A DNA stretch of 64,000 nucleotides. Source: Sedimentisphaerales bacterium (lineage in GTDB: Bacteria; Planctomycetota; Phycisphaerae; Sedimentisphaerales; SM23-30). The stretch is from NCBI GenBank assembly GCA_963666285.1, contig OY762711.1. The stretch is one strand, 5' to 3'. Position 1 is the first letter of the stretch; the number at the start of each line of letters is the position of its first letter. The notes beneath the pieces were generated by a model. It searched no databases and had not been told where the DNA came from. It was given only the letters and a program-made list of their open reading frames with translations. A program made the position numbers and the translations under genes. Positions 9,982 through 21,587 of the stretch are shown here, in pieces.

Positions 9982-11007
9982 ATGCAAAAAGAATTTCGTG
10001 GAAATTTTTTCAGCAATGACCGCAGAGCTGTTATTGCTGGTACCGGCTCCTTCGTGCCGCCAGGTATTATGACAAACAATGACCTGGAAAAAATAGTTGA
10101 TACTTCTGATGAATGGATAACGACAAGGACCGGTATCAAAGAAAGACATATTGTTGAACCTGGTAAAGAAACTGCTGCATCAATTGGTATCGGAGCTGCC
10201 AAACTGGCTTTGGAAGCAGCCAATTGTTCTGCTGATGAAATCGATTATATTGTTTGCTCTACTATAACTCCTGAAGTTCAGTATCCGGCAACTGCCTGTT
10301 TTATACAGGAAGGTATTGGCAACACACACGCATGTGCTTTTGATATTACAGCTACTTGTAGTGGTTTTGTTTATGCCAATAACATCGCTGCTTCGTTTAT
10401 CAGTGCCGGCCAGGCAAAAAAAGTTCTGGTAGTTGGCACTGAAACCATGTCTACTTCGATGAATTGGAAAGATAGAAACACCTGCGTTCTTTTTGGTGAC
10501 GGTGCTGGTGCTGTCGTACTTGAACTTGAAGAAAACTCTGAAAGAGGACTTATATACAATAATGTTCATGCTGACGGAAGACAATGGGAAACTATAGTTT
10601 GCCCAGGCCCTGGCAGCAAATTCCCTATCGAAAGCATATTAAAGGGTGAACAACAAAGGGTATATACAGAATTAAATGGAAGAGAAACTTATAAACAGGC
10701 TGTTAGCACAATTGTTGATACAATAACTAATTCACTTGAACAGACTAAACTTGATGTCAAAGATATCAAAATGATGATTCCTCATCAGATGAATGCCAGA
10801 ATAATTGAAGCTGTAATGAAAAGAGTTGACTTCAAGGAAGAACAGGTATTTATTAATATCGAAAAATACGGCAATACTTCTTCTGCCTCTATCCCTATTG
10901 CTCTTGACGAAGCAGTAAGAAGCGGTAAACTGGAGAAAAACGATCTTGTCTTGCTGATCGCCTTTGGATCCGGATTTACTTGGGGTTCCAATCTCTTCAG
11001 ACTCTAA
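9982..11007 (+). CDS. fabH: 3-oxoacyl-ACP synthase III
   Basis: DTSDEWITTRTGI, ATCSGF (Cys), FGDGAGA, PHQMN, YGNTSSASIP. Confidence 0.97.
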   Translation: MQKEFRGNFFSNDRRAVIAGTGSFVPPGIMTNNDLEKIVDTSDEWITTRTGIKERHIVEPGKETAASIGIGAAKLALEAANCSADEIDYIVCSTITPEVQYPATACFIQEGIGNTHACAFDITATCSGFVYANNIAASFISAGQAKKVLVVGTETMSTSMNWKDRNTCVLFGDGAGAVVLELEENSERGLIYNNVHADGRQWETIVCPGPGSKFPIESILKGEQQRVYTELNGRETYKQAVSTIVDTITNSLEQTKLDVKDIKMMIPHQMNARIIEAVMKRVDFKEEQVFINIEKYGNTSSASIPIALDEAVRSGKLEKNDLVLLIAFGSGFTWGSNLFRL

Positions 11008-11089
11008 AATCATATGATGATTATTGACCTGTTTGTTTTAATGGTCAATATAGAAGTGAATATTTTAATATTAAGAAAGGATCTTTGAC

Positions 11090-12034
11090 TTGAAAACACT
11101 ATTTATGTTTCCTGGTCAGGGTGCTCAAGTCCAGGGTATGGGCAAAGAGTTGGCTGATGAAATAAATGAGGTTAAAGAGCTATACAGTAAAGCTTCCGAT
11201 ATTTTAGGGTATGACCTGGCAAGTCTTTGTTTTGATGGCCCTCAAGATAAACTCAATTTGACTGAACTCGCTCAGCCTGCTATTTTTGTTACTAGCATCG
11301 CTCACCTGATCGCACTGCGGATGGGTAAATTATCTGAAGAACTCAAAGATATTGTCCCAGATGGTTATGCCGGGTTAAGCCTTGGTGAATATACCGCCCT
11401 TCACGTATCAGAAGCAATAAATTTTGAAGATGCTCTTAAACTCGTTCAGCTTCGCGGAAAAGGTATGCAGCAGGCCGCTGAACAATCTAAAGGTACCATG
11501 GTTTCAATTCTTGGCCTTGATGAAGCGAAGGTTGCCGAGCTTTGTAATAAAGTTCTTTCCGAAAGTATTACCGAAGAATCAGGTGATACTATTATTAGTG
11601 GTGTAAATTTCAATTGTCCCGGCCAGATAGTGGTTAGCGGATCAATTAAAGCCTGTCAAAGAGCTGCTGAACTCGCTGCTGATTTCGGTGCAATGAAAGC
11701 GGTACCGCTTGCTGTTGCCGGTGCTTTCCATACTGATATGATGGCACCTGCCGCTGAAATGCTGTCCTCAGCAATAGATAATTGCGATCTGAAAGATCCG
11801 GCTAAACCCGTTTTCTCAAATGTTGATACGCAGGTATATTCCGGAGCTGACGAAATTAAAGATAAACTGTTAAAACAATTAGTTGGTCCTGTTAAATGGC
11901 AGCACACAATCGAGAACCTGCTTAATGATGGTTATGAGAGATTTGTGGAAATCGGCCCTGGAAAAGTTCTTACCGGACTGGTTAAGAAAATTTCACGTGG
12001 CTCAAAAGTTAAAGCCGAAATTATTAAACTATAA
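11090..12034 (+). CDS. fabD: Malonyl CoA-ACP transacylase
   Basis: FPGQGAQ, GLSLGEY, GAFHT, EIGPGKVL; TTG start. Confidence 0.97.
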   Translation: MKTLFMFPGQGAQVQGMGKELADEINEVKELYSKASDILGYDLASLCFDGPQDKLNLTELAQPAIFVTSIAHLIALRMGKLSEELKDIVPDGYAGLSLGEYTALHVSEAINFEDALKLVQLRGKGMQQAAEQSKGTMVSILGLDEAKVAELCNKVLSESITEESGDTIISGVNFNCPGQIVVSGSIKACQRAAELAADFGAMKAVPLAVAGAFHTDMMAPAAEMLSSAIDNCDLKDPAKPVFSNVDTQVYSGADEIKDKLLKQLVGPVKWQHTIENLLNDGYERFVEIGPGKVLTGLVKKISRGSKVKAEIIKL

Positions 12035-12049
12035 ATAGGAAATTATACT

Positions 12050-12790
12050 ATGTCTGATAAAAAATTAGCTATCGTAACTGGTGGTACTCGTGGTATCGGA
12101 AAAGCAATCTGCTTTGCTTTGGAAAAAAATGGGTTCAAAGTTATTGCTATTGGTAGAAGCGAAAAAACTACCGCTGATATGGACCAGATAGCTCAACAGA
12201 ACCAACTTGATATCACATCTCTACAGCTTGATGTTTCAGATGTTAACGCTGTAAATGAAGCATTTGAAAAGCTTGCAGAAGAAAATGATGGTATCGCAGT
12301 CCTGGTAAACAATGCTGGTATCACACGCGACAATCTGCTTATGGGCATGACAGATGAAGAATGGGACCAGGTTATCGATACAAATCTGAAGAGCGTATTT
12401 GCAACAATGCGTGCAGCCTATAGACCAATGATGAAAAAACGTTGGGGACGCATTATTAATATCGCCAGTGTTAGCGGTGTCGTTGGTAATGCCGGACAGG
12501 CAAACTATGCTGCCAGTAAAGCCGGCATGGTTGGTATGACCAAATCTGTTGCCAGGGAACTTGCTAAACGCGGCGTAACTGCAAACTGTATAGCACCCGG
12601 TTTTATCGCGACAGACATGACAAATGTTCTGTCTGATGCAATTAAAAAAGCTGCTTCAGAAACAATACCTATGAAAAAGTTTGGTAACCCTGAAGATATA
12701 GCTGCTGCCGTTGCCTTTCTTGCCTCTGACGAAGCTGGATATATAACCGGTCAGACTTTATGTGTTGACGGCGGCATGACAATGTGCTAA
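12050..12790 (+). CDS. fabG: 3-oxoacyl-ACP reductase
   Basis: TGGTRGIG, NNAGITRD, YAASK. Confidence 0.97.
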   Translation: MSDKKLAIVTGGTRGIGKAICFALEKNGFKVIAIGRSEKTTADMDQIAQQNQLDITSLQLDVSDVNAVNEAFEKLAEENDGIAVLVNNAGITRDNLLMGMTDEEWDQVIDTNLKSVFATMRAAYRPMMKKRWGRIINIASVSGVVGNAGQANYAASKAGMVGMTKSVARELAKRGVTANCIAPGFIATDMTNVLSDAIKKAASETIPMKKFGNPEDIAAAVAFLASDEAGYITGQTLCVDGGMTMC

Positions 12791-12937
12791 GTTCCTTATA
12801 CTTACTTTTTTAAGCGAATCTTGTATAAGTTAATGAAATTTTTACCTTCTTAATTATATCAGATGTAAAGATTTGTCTATAAAGACTTTATATACTAAGA
12901 AATTACGCTATTTTTTACCAAATACAAGCAAAAAAGC

Positions 12938-12966
12938 TTGAATTTCGTCGCCCTTATGGTTATATT
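12938..12966 (+). promoter_or_regulatory. Internal sigma-70 promoter for acpP
   Basis: TTGAAT-N17-TATATT. Confidence 0.55.
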
Positions 12967-13077
12967 AGGCCGTTTCCTGAATAGGGCTGAAAATGTGAAG
13001 GCGGATACGGTTCCGTCAGAATTATAAAAGATAAGAATTAAATTTTAATCCAAATAAAAAATGCAAGGAGTTTTGCA

Positions 13078-13320
13078 GTGACACCAGAAGAAATCGAAGC
13101 TAAGGTAAAATCGATCGTAGCTGAACAAATGAATGTTGATGAAGCTGAAATTAATCTGGAAACATCATTTGTTAACGACCTGAACGCTGACAGTCTTGAC
13201 ACAGTTGAGCTTGTTATGGAATTTGAAGATGCTTTCGATCTTAGCATTCCTGATGAAGAAGCTGAAAAGATTCAGACAGTTGGACAAGCTATTGATCATA
13301 TTTCAAAAGCGAAAAGTTAA
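13078..13320 (+). CDS. acpP: Acyl carrier protein
   Basis: [14 protein letters not shown] phosphopantetheine site; GTG start with AAGGAG RBS. Confidence 0.98.
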   Translation: MTPEEIEAKVKSIVAEQMNVDEAEINLETSFVNDLNADSLDTVELVMEFEDAFDLSIPDEEAEKIQTVGQAIDHISKAKS

Positions 13321-13342
13321 TCTTTTTTAATGATAGAAATAT

Positions 13343-13383
13343 CAATGCCTTTGTAGCTAAATTGTCTGCAGAGGCATTGTTTT
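13343..13383 (+). terminator. Rho-independent terminator/stabilising hairpin after acpP
   Basis: caatgcctttgtag...ctgcagaggcattg followed by tttt. Confidence 0.65.
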
Positions 13384-13456
13384 AATTTCAACATTTGCTT
13401 ACTAATTGGTCGGCAAATATTGTTTAATTAATTACATTATTTAAGGGACCTCTGAT

Positions 13457-14698
13457 ATGACCAGAAGGCGAGCAGTCATAACCGGATTAGGCATAATATC
13501 CAATATTGGCGAAGATGTAAATCTATTCTGGAATAATCTGTTAGCTGGCAAAAGCGGAATATCGCCTCTTGAAGGAATCGATATTGATGCCTACCCTACC
13601 AAAATTGGTGGACAGGTTAAAACTTTTGACCCTGACAATTATATTAACCCAAGAGAATCGAAACGAATTGACCGTTTTGCTCAATTTGCTGTTGCTGCTT
13701 CTATGAAAGCTGTTGCTGACAGCGGATTGGAATTTGATAAAATCAATACTGAACGTTGCGGTTGTATCATTGGTAGTGGTATAGGCGGACTTGGCGAGAT
13801 CGAACGTGAGCATGTTAAAATGCTTGACAAAGGACCTCGACGTGTCAGTCCGTTTTGTGTTCCCAAACTTATGGCAAACGCTGCCAGTGGTAATGTCGCT
13901 ATTAACTTTGGCCTTAAAGGGTCAAACTATGCCGTTATTACTGCCTGTGCTGCTGCTACTCACTCAATAGGTGATGCTCTCAGACAGATTCAATTTGGCT
14001 ATGACGATGTAGTTATTGCTGGCGGTGCTGAAGCTGCTGTAACGAATCTCGGCCTGGCTAGTTTCTGTGCACTGAAAGCTCTCAGCACAAGAAATGATGA
14101 GCCCGAAAGAGCTTCCAGGCCTTTCGATATCGAACGCGGCGGTTTTGTTATGAGTGAAGGTGCCGGAATTTTAGTACTTGAAGAATACGAACATGCTAAA
14201 GCTCGCGGAGCAAATATCTATGCTGAACTGGTAGGCTTTGGCATGACTTGTGATGCTAATCATATTACTGCCCCATGCGAAGATGGCAATGGCGCTGCTC
14301 GTGCCATTTCTGGAGCTCTCAGAGACGCTGGTATTAACCCTGAACAGGTGGATTATATAAACGCTCATGGTACAGGCACGCAACTGAATGACAAGGCTGA
14401 AACAATGGCTGTAAAAGCTGCTCTTGGCGAAGATTGTGCCAGAAAAGTTTCAATAAGCAGCATTAAGAGTCATGTCGGTCATTCGCTTGGAGCCAGCGGT
14501 GGTTTGGAAGCTGTTGCTACTGCTCTGGCAATCAAGAATGGTATTATTCCTCAAACAATTAATCTGGAAAATCCTGATCCTGACTGCGACCTTGACTATA
14601 CACCGCTTACTCCAAAAGAAAAAGAAATCAAATTTGCATTGAGTAATTCGTTTGGTTTTGGTGGCCATAATGCTTCTATTGCATTAGCAAAAATATAA
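13457..14698 (+). CDS. fabF: 3-oxoacyl-ACP synthase II
   Basis: TACAA, NAHGTGT, KSHVGHSLGA, NSFGFGGHN. Confidence 0.97.
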   Translation: MTRRRAVITGLGIISNIGEDVNLFWNNLLAGKSGISPLEGIDIDAYPTKIGGQVKTFDPDNYINPRESKRIDRFAQFAVAASMKAVADSGLEFDKINTERCGCIIGSGIGGLGEIEREHVKMLDKGPRRVSPFCVPKLMANAASGNVAINFGLKGSNYAVITACAAATHSIGDALRQIQFGYDDVVIAGGAEAAVTNLGLASFCALKALSTRNDEPERASRPFDIERGGFVMSEGAGILVLEEYEHAKARGANIYAELVGFGMTCDANHITAPCEDGNGAARAISGALRDAGINPEQVDYINAHGTGTQLNDKAETMAVKAALGEDCARKVSISSIKSHVGHSLGASGGLEAVATALAIKNGIIPQTINLENPDPDCDLDYTPLTPKEKEIKFALSNSFGFGGHNASIALAKI

Positions 14699-14723
14699 GA
14701 TATAATAACAGCTTAAATTGCTC

Positions 14724-14808
14724 GCCCAGGTGGCGGAATTGGTAGACGCGCCAGCTTGAGGGGCTGGTGGGAGTTATTCTCGTGCTGGTTCGAATCCAGT
14801 CCTGGGCA
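14724..14808 (+). tRNA. tRNA-Leu(GAG), CCA not encoded
   Basis: GCCCAGG/CCTGGGC acceptor stem, D-loop GGAATTGGTAGAC, anticodon arm CCAGC-TTGAGGG-GCTGG, long variable arm, GGTTCGAATCC. Confidence 0.97.
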
Positions 14809-14829
14809 ATTAAGCTTGTAAAAAGCAGG

Positions 14830-14859
14830 AAAGCCTGACACTAATGTCAGGCTTTTTTT
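14830..14859 (+). terminator. Rho-independent terminator after tRNA-Leu
   Basis: aagcctgaca-ctaa-tgtcaggctt followed by a T-run. Confidence 0.85.
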
Positions 14860-15009
14860 ATTAATCTGCACTTATCTCATAACATACATTATTTGAAACC
14901 CACCTAAAAAAACACCTGGCATAGAAACCTATACCAGGCGTTTAATCTTTTTCAAATGTCAGTAACCTTCAAGTAACCTTAACTGACAAACGATAGTAAC
15001 AGATGCCTG

Positions 15010-16401
15010 CTACCATTTGCCGGTTTTAGCATCACTTGGTTTTGGATAACCTTTCATTACTTCCACAGATTTATCTAGGTCTTCCTGTGGTAATGGATGA
15101 TCTGCAAGGTTTCCTTCAAAATAGTTATGATAACCTGTCAGGTCCATCAGGCCATGCCCGCTCAAACAGAACAGAATGTTCTTTTCTTTGCCCTCTTCTT
15201 TAGCCTTCTTAGCTTCACGAATAGTCGCGGCAATCGCATGACTTGTTTCAGGAGCAACAATCAAACCCTCGGTCCGAGCCCACATTACTGCTGCTTCATA
15301 GCATTCTAACTGGTTTAACGCAAGTGGATTCAACAATCCTTCTGCTGCTGCCTGTGATACCAGTGGTGCCATGCCGTGATAGCGTAAACCTCCGGCATGA
15401 ATTGGAGGTGGTACAAACCTGTGACCCAGAGAATACATTGGCAGCAATGGAGTCAAGCCTGCCAAATCTCCGTGATCATAGCTAAATGGTGCTCTTGTCA
15501 AGGTTGGACATGATGAAGGCTCAACCGGTATTATTTCAATATCTGCTCCATTAATTTTATCTGCCACAAATGGGAACGCCAAACCGGCAAAATTACTTCC
15601 GCCGCCGGCACATCCTATTACAACATCAACCTTCTCTTCTCCGATCATTGCCAGCTGTTTTTTCGCTTCAAGACCTATGATTGTCTGATGCAACATAACA
15701 TGATTCAAAACACTCCCCAGTGCATAGCGTGTCTGGCCGCTCTCATCTGTTACTGCTGCCTCGACTGCTTCACTAATGGCTATACCAAGCGAACCTGGAG
15801 TATTTGGCATCTCCTCCAAAACCTGACGACCACAATTAGTTTCAGGAGATGGACTTGGTATACAATTACCTCCCCAGGCTTCCATCATCAACCGACGGAA
15901 AGGTTTCTGGTCAAAACTGATACGTACCATAAATACTTTACATTCCAGACCGCCAACCATTGAACATGCAAAGCTCAAAGCACTGCCCCACTGACCGGCA
16001 CCTGTCTCTGTCGTCAGTTTTTTAATTCCAAACTGCTTATTATACCAGGCCTGCGGAACTGCGGTATTCGGCTTATGTGAGCCCGCCGGACTGACAGATT
16101 CATCTTTATAGTAAATCTTAGCCGGTGTACCCAACGCCTTTTCCAAGGCATACGCACGCTTCAGAGGTGCCGGACGCCACTTATACAGTATCTGGATTAT
16201 CTCATCCGGAATATCAATCCAACGTTCGGTACTTACTTCCTGCTCAATCAAATTCATAGGAAATACCGGTGCCAACGCCTCTGGACTTATTGGCTTGCCA
16301 TCAGGCCCCAAAGGTGGCTGCAGCGGCGTAGGTAAATCAGCCGCTAAATTATACCATTGACGTGGAATATCTTTTTCATCAAGGAAAATCTTCATCGACA
16401 T
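15010..16401 (-). CDS. trpB2: TrpB-like PLP enzyme (tryptophan synthase beta chain 2, stand-alone)
   Basis: [15 protein letters not shown] (PLP Lys), [31 protein letters not shown]. Confidence 0.93.
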   Translation of the reverse strand: MSMKIFLDEKDIPRQWYNLAADLPTPLQPPLGPDGKPISPEALAPVFPMNLIEQEVSTERWIDIPDEIIQILYKWRPAPLKRAYALEKALGTPAKIYYKDESVSPAGSHKPNTAVPQAWYNKQFGIKKLTTETGAGQWGSALSFACSMVGGLECKVFMVRISFDQKPFRRLMMEAWGGNCIPSPSPETNCGRQVLEEMPNTPGSLGIAISEAVEAAVTDESGQTRYALGSVLNHVMLHQTIIGLEAKKQLAMIGEEKVDVVIGCAGGGSNFAGLAFPFVADKINGADIEIIPVEPSSCPTLTRAPFSYDHGDLAGLTPLLPMYSLGHRFVPPPIHAGGLRYHGMAPLVSQAAAEGLLNPLALNQLECYEAAVMWARTEGLIVAPETSHAIAATIREAKKAKEEGKEKNILFCLSGHGLMDLTGYHNYFEGNLADHPLPQEDLDKSVEVMKGYPKPSDAKTGKW

Positions 16402-16521
16402 ACTAACAACTCCTTTATTAACAGATACTTAAAATAGCTTTAATATTATCAGTACAAAATTATTAATATTATTCTGATATTGCAGACATAAAAACACATA
16501 ATTATTACATACAGATAAATT

Positions 16522-16550
16522 AAGTTAACATTTATTCAGGTATAAGTCAA
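16522..16550 (-). promoter_or_regulatory. Putative sigma-70 promoter of trpB2
   Basis: TTGACT-N17-TAACTT on the minus strand. Confidence 0.45.
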
Positions 16551-16852
16551 GCTTAATAATAATCTTATCTATAATGACCTTTTGACTATTATTTTCACAA
16601 TATTAAAGCTATTGTCTTCATTTGCATAAGATGGAGATGATTTCCAGCACAATATAATAAAAAACATTGGAATACCCCAAAACTGTCGTATAAAATTCCG
16701 ATTTACTTTCGTTTTGAACTTGACCAAATTAACATTATGGAAAAAGCTCAGTTTTATTACTGAACTTTATAAAGACAAAAAGCAATGAAACTTGAGGGTA
16801 CTTCTGTTATGAGGTACCCTTAAATTTCCTGGAATAAACCAAACCGGTTTAA

Positions 16853-18373
16853 TTAAAAATTCCATGCTTTTATTGGAGACGGTACTCGAAGCTTACTAAT
16901 ATCTAACATGCGTTTGATGATTTCAGGATTATCTTTGGCTACATCTTTTGTTTCACCTATATCACTGCTTAAATCGAAGAGCTTAAATGGAGTATCAGGT
17001 TTCTTTTTCAGATTATTTCTATACCCCTTCCACTTTCCAATACGCACTGCTTGCTGATTACCATACTCCCAGTAAAGGTAGTCATGCTGCACTTGCTTTT
17101 CGTCTTGTCCTAATAATGTTGGTAAAAAACTGATTCCATCTGTATCTGCGGATGCCTTTGCACCGGTAATATCTGCCAGCGTGGCCATCACATCCCACTG
17201 CCCCGATATCAGGTCACTTGTAGTACCTGGCTTGATTCTGCCCGGCCAGGACGCGATCATAGGTGCTCGAATACCACCTTCCTTCAAAGAACATTTTAAG
17301 CCATTGAACGGGCCATTGCTTTCAAAATATTCGGAATCTGTTCCGCCATTGAAAGTCGGTCCATTATCACTGCTAAAAATAATAATTGTATTTTCAGCTA
17401 CCCCCAGCTCTTTTAGCAGTTTCATCATCCGGCCAATCTCACTATCCATTCTCGTAACCATCGCTGCATAAGTGGCACGCGGTGTCTGATTCGGCAAATA
17501 ACCTTTATCTCCAAGGTAAGGCTTATCTTCAAACGCATCCTTATACTGTTCAAGGGAATCTTCCGGAACCTGAAGCGAAACATGCGGAACAGGAGTAGCC
17601 CAGTATAAGAAAAATGGCTCATTCTTATTTTCCTTTAGCCAGGTCATGACTTCATTCGCCATTTTATCTGGTGCGTAATCATTCCCCCTGTATTTTTCAT
17701 ATGATTTAGATTCATTCGGATCCTTATCTTTTGGCAGCTTCTCATGAGGGAAATAGTATTCATTTTTCAATGGAACTTTCTTACCATTACGCCACAAATG
17801 ATCCGGATAATAATTATGGGCCTCTCTTTGGCAAATATACCCATAAAAATGATCAAAGCCCTGTTTGTTTGGATCACCGGTTGAACCATACCAGCCAAGC
17901 CCCCATTTACCCACACAGCATGTCTTATAACCAACCTTTTGTAACATATGCCCTATTGTATATGTATCTTCCAGCAAAGGCCGCTGACCTTCCAGGCTGC
18001 GATCATGCCAGGTGTCGCCCCGTTCACTCATCTCATCATTACCGCGAATATAGGCATGGCCGGAGTGTTTTCCTGTCAACAACATACAACGTGTTGGAGC
18101 ACAAACCGCACTTCCGGAGTAATGCTGAGTAAACTTCATACCATTTGCGGCAAGCTGATCTATAAAAGGCGTCTTTATCTTTTTCTGACCATAACAGCCT
18201 ACCTCTGCATATCCCAGATCATCAGCTAGAATATAAATAATATTAGGCTTCTGAACCTTTTGCTTCCCAGCTGAGCTAATATTCGAACATCCTGGAACTA
18301 AAACGCTTGCTGCAGACAAACCGGCTGCTTTGAGAAAATTTCTTCGATTAAAACACTTGTTCATAATTGTCAC
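16853..18373 (-). CDS. Arylsulfatase (S1 family), Tat-exported; start may be ATG 18364
   Basis: NRRNFLK Tat motif, KPNIIYILADDLG, CAPTR formylglycine motif, GKW, SSDNG. Confidence 0.95.
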   Translation of the reverse strand: MTIMNKCFNRRNFLKAAGLSAASVLVPGCSNISSAGKQKVQKPNIIYILADDLGYAEVGCYGQKKIKTPFIDQLAANGMKFTQHYSGSAVCAPTRCMLLTGKHSGHAYIRGNDEMSERGDTWHDRSLEGQRPLLEDTYTIGHMLQKVGYKTCCVGKWGLGWYGSTGDPNKQGFDHFYGYICQREAHNYYPDHLWRNGKKVPLKNEYYFPHEKLPKDKDPNESKSYEKYRGNDYAPDKMANEVMTWLKENKNEPFFLYWATPVPHVSLQVPEDSLEQYKDAFEDKPYLGDKGYLPNQTPRATYAAMVTRMDSEIGRMMKLLKELGVAENTIIIFSSDNGPTFNGGTDSEYFESNGPFNGLKCSLKEGGIRAPMIASWPGRIKPGTTSDLISGQWDVMATLADITGAKASADTDGISFLPTLLGQDEKQVQHDYLYWEYGNQQAVRIGKWKGYRNNLKKKPDTPFKLFDLSSDIGETKDVAKDNPEIIKRMLDISKLRVPSPIKAWNF

Positions 18374-18759
18374 ACTTTGCTAATTATTACATCTGCCGCC
18401 TGAGCAACTGACAGAAATTATTAATGAACGGCAGAGTTGCCGTATGTCTTTATTAATTCTTATAATCTCACAATTTGAATCAATAATAATAAAATATATC
18501 ACAGATTAAATACTTATGAAATAGACAGTTGTAATGCCGCAATGGATATTTGTAATTATTACTGTCAAATTCTCCCAAAAACAATGTTTTTTGAGACTAA
18601 AAGAGAAGTAGTGTATGCAAAGCACTCTACACAAGTTTTTGAATACGATCAGAAATGACATGAATTGCTTTATAGCAATATTTTATAAAACCAAAGATAT
18701 GAGAAAGTCTGTTCAAAAAAAAGAAATTACTGCTTGTAATTTTTTACATATCAAAATAC

Positions 18760-18797
18760 AGTCACTCAATCGGACCAAAAATCCGGACTGAGTGACT
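18760..18797 (-). terminator. Hairpin downstream of ilvD
   Basis: agtcactca...tgagtgact arms. Confidence 0.55.
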
Positions 18798-18812
18798 ATA
18801 TTTCAATTCGAT

Positions 18813-20477
18813 CTACCATTTTAATACAGCACCGGTATCTGCAGAACTCGCCATAGAGGCAAACTTACCAAGAACACCATGATTTATTCGTGGCTCTGGA
18901 GCCTTCCATTCTTTACGGCGGGCTTCAAGCTCTTCATCTGAGAGCTTAACATTAAGAGAACTCGTCGCAATATCATATTCAATTATATCGCCATCACGTA
19001 ATAAACCTATGGTACCTCCTGATGCAGCCTCAGGACTGATATGACCAATACAGGCACCACGGGTACCGCCGCTGAAACGACCGTCAGTAATGAGGGCAAC
19101 TGATTCACCAAGCCCGGCACCCATTATATAACTTGTAGGACTCAGCATCTCCTGCATACCAGGACCGCCGCGAGGACCTTCATAGCGAATTACAACTACA
19201 TCACCGGCTTTAACCTTACCGGCCAGAATACCTTCACAAGCTTCTTCCTGGCTGTCAAATATAACTGCCGGGCCGCTATGGCTGTGCATTGCCGGCAACA
19301 CACCCGCTGTCTTTACTACCGATCCGTTTGGTGCTAGATTGCCTTTCAATATAGCAAGACCGCCTGTCTTGGAATATGCATTTTCGAGATTTCTGATACA
19401 TTGCTCATCTTTAATATCAGCATCAGCGATATTCTCACCGACCGTCTTTCCAGTTACTGTAATACAATCTGTATTGAGCAGACCAGTCTTAGAAACCTCT
19501 TTAAGTATTGCACTTATACCACCGGCTTTGTCTACATCTTCCATATGATAATGACTCGAAGGTGAGACCTTACAAATATTAGGACATTTTGCCGAAACTG
19601 CCGCCATCTCATCCAGAGTATAATCCACCCCGGCTTCATTTGCCACAGCAAGTGTATGCAGTACTGTATTTGTTGAACCGCCCATCGCCATATCCAGAAT
19701 CATGGCATTGTCAAATGATTTACGATTTACTATATCAAGCGGCCTGATATTTTCTTTTACCAGCTCCACAATTCTACGGCCGGCTTTTTCCCACAATTCT
19801 TTACGTCTTGGATCTACCGCAGGTATGGTTCCATTACCTGGCAACGCCATGCCAATACCTTCGCAAAGACAATTCATACTATTTGCCGTAAACATACCGG
19901 AACAGCTGCCGCAACCGGGACAACCTGCCTTCTCCAGTTCATCCAGGCCTTCATCTGTAAGAGTGCCGCTATTGTATTTTGCCACTCCTTCGAAAATGCT
20001 AATAAGGTCAACAGCAGAACCATCTCTCTTGCTACCGGCCAGCATAGGCCCGCCTGATGCAAATATAGTCGGTATATTAACACGCATAGCCGCCATTAGC
20101 ATTCCAGGTACTATCTTATCACAGTTCGGGATACAGATTACACCGTCAAAACAGTGAGCTCTTAGCATTGTCTCAACCGAATCTGCTACTACTTCCCGGC
20201 TTGCCAGCGAATATTTCATACCGGTATGACCCATTGCAACGCCATCACAAACAGCAATGGAATTAAATTCAAATGGAACACCGCCGGCTGCTCGAATTGC
20301 TGCTTTCACAATCTGGCCAACCAGCTGAAGATGAACATGTCCTGGAACAATATCTACATAACTATTAGAAACACCTATAAACGGCTTGCCAAAATCTTCA
20401 TCTTTTACACCACATGCTCTCAGTAAACCACGATGAGGCGCACGCTGAAAGCCTTTTTTAACTGTATCAGAATTCAT
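18813..20477 (-). CDS. ilvD: Dihydroxy-acid dehydratase
   Basis: [51 protein letters not shown]. Start set at 20477 from the AAGGAG RBS. Confidence 0.97.
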   Translation of the reverse strand: MNSDTVKKGFQRAPHRGLLRACGVKDEDFGKPFIGVSNSYVDIVPGHVHLQLVGQIVKAAIRAAGGVPFEFNSIAVCDGVAMGHTGMKYSLASREVVADSVETMLRAHCFDGVICIPNCDKIVPGMLMAAMRVNIPTIFASGGPMLAGSKRDGSAVDLISIFEGVAKYNSGTLTDEGLDELEKAGCPGCGSCSGMFTANSMNCLCEGIGMALPGNGTIPAVDPRRKELWEKAGRRIVELVKENIRPLDIVNRKSFDNAMILDMAMGGSTNTVLHTLAVANEAGVDYTLDEMAAVSAKCPNICKVSPSSHYHMEDVDKAGGISAILKEVSKTGLLNTDCITVTGKTVGENIADADIKDEQCIRNLENAYSKTGGLAILKGNLAPNGSVVKTAGVLPAMHSHSGPAVIFDSQEEACEGILAGKVKAGDVVVIRYEGPRGGPGMQEMLSPTSYIMGAGLGESVALITDGRFSGGTRGACIGHISPEAASGGTIGLLRDGDIIEYDIATSSLNVKLSDEELEARRKEWKAPEPRINHGVLGKFASMASSADTGAVLKW

Positions 20478-20551
20478 AAAGCTCTCCTTCATATGTCAAT
20501 CAAGCAGCTATGGCTCAATAATAAAATTTTTCAATAGACCATACTGCAAAC

Positions 20552-21106
20552 TTACAGTTTATGCAGTATCTCTAATATTCTCTCGAGGATAATGTCTGGC
20601 TCACTCATGCGGCCTTCCCCTTCTTCTTCACAAGCTAACCTTCCGCTGTCCGGGCCAATGAAGTAATAACCGGCATCACATAGAATCTCAACATTTCGCT
20701 GGGTAATAGGATTATTCCACATACGTTTATTCATGGCTGGAGCAATAAGGACATCGCAATTCAAGGCACAAATTGTTGTTGTCAGCAAATCATCACAGAT
20801 ACCATGTGCCAGTTTTGCCAGGACATTAGCTGTCGCAGGCGCGACAATAGCCAGACGTGTTCGCATGCTAATTTCAATATGTTTGGAATCCCAGACATCA
20901 TTTGCTTCCCACATATTCGAAAATACCTTGTTACCGGAAAGTGTACTAAATGTAAGCGGACTCACAAATTTCTTTGCATTTTCTGTCATTATTGTTGTTA
21001 CATTAGCGCCATGTCTGGTAAGGTTAGATGACAAAACCGCAGATTTGTACGCTGCTATTCCACCACTAACCCCTAATAATATCTCGCAATCTTGTAATGC
21101 TTTCAT
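20552..21106 (-). CDS. coaC: Phosphopantothenoylcysteine decarboxylase (CoaC flavoprotein domain only)
   Basis: GVSGGIAAYK, APATAN, APAMNxxMW, LAC...GEGRM; no fused CoaB domain. Confidence 0.88.
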   Translation of the reverse strand: MKALQDCEILLGVSGGIAAYKSAVLSSNLTRHGANVTTIMTENAKKFVSPLTFSTLSGNKVFSNMWEANDVWDSKHIEISMRTRLAIVAPATANVLAKLAHGICDDLLTTTICALNCDVLIAPAMNKRMWNNPITQRNVEILCDAGYYFIGPDSGRLACEEEGEGRMSEPDIILERILEILHKL

Positions 21107-21299
21107 AAAATCGCCTCACCCGGATAAACCGGAAAATAAATTCTCATTTTACCTGGGCAGGGTATACCTTTTCGCCAGGACTCACCATTTTCATTATCAA
21201 TTACCAAAACCATAAATACATATCAACATGCAGAAATAAGCATTTCCTGTTTATACATTCAGCAATGCTTTAGCATTCAATATTTGTTAAGTTCTGGTA

Positions 21300-21533
21300 T
21301 TAAACTTTTTTCTTGGGCGGAACCATATCCGAAGTCTTTTCATAATCGATCTCGATCTTATCCTCTACAATCTCCTGGATAACTATCTCAACCATATTTT
21401 TGCCGCGAATATCGTCAACTAGCGGACGAGAACCATCGATGATTTCTCGCAACCGACGCTGGATTAATGCTGTTAAACGAAATTTGCCGCCTACCTTATT
21501 CACAATGTCATCACTTTTTAACGCTTCAATCAT
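21300..21533 (-). CDS. rpoZ: RNA polymerase omega subunit
   Basis: KVGGKFRLTALIQRRLREI; located between gmk and coaC. Confidence 0.88.
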   Translation of the reverse strand: MIEALKSDDIVNKVGGKFRLTALIQRRLREIIDGSRPLVDDIRGKNMVEIVIQEIVEDKIEIDYEKTSDMVPPKKKV

Positions 21534-21587
21534 TTCTGTGTTTTCCTCACAAAATAATTACATATTATCTAAGTAATTTGCTCATTA

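Noticed and set aside
14724..14808. tRNA-Leu as an island integration site
   Set aside because: No duplicated tRNA 3' end or integrase was found; a terminator and housekeeping genes follow
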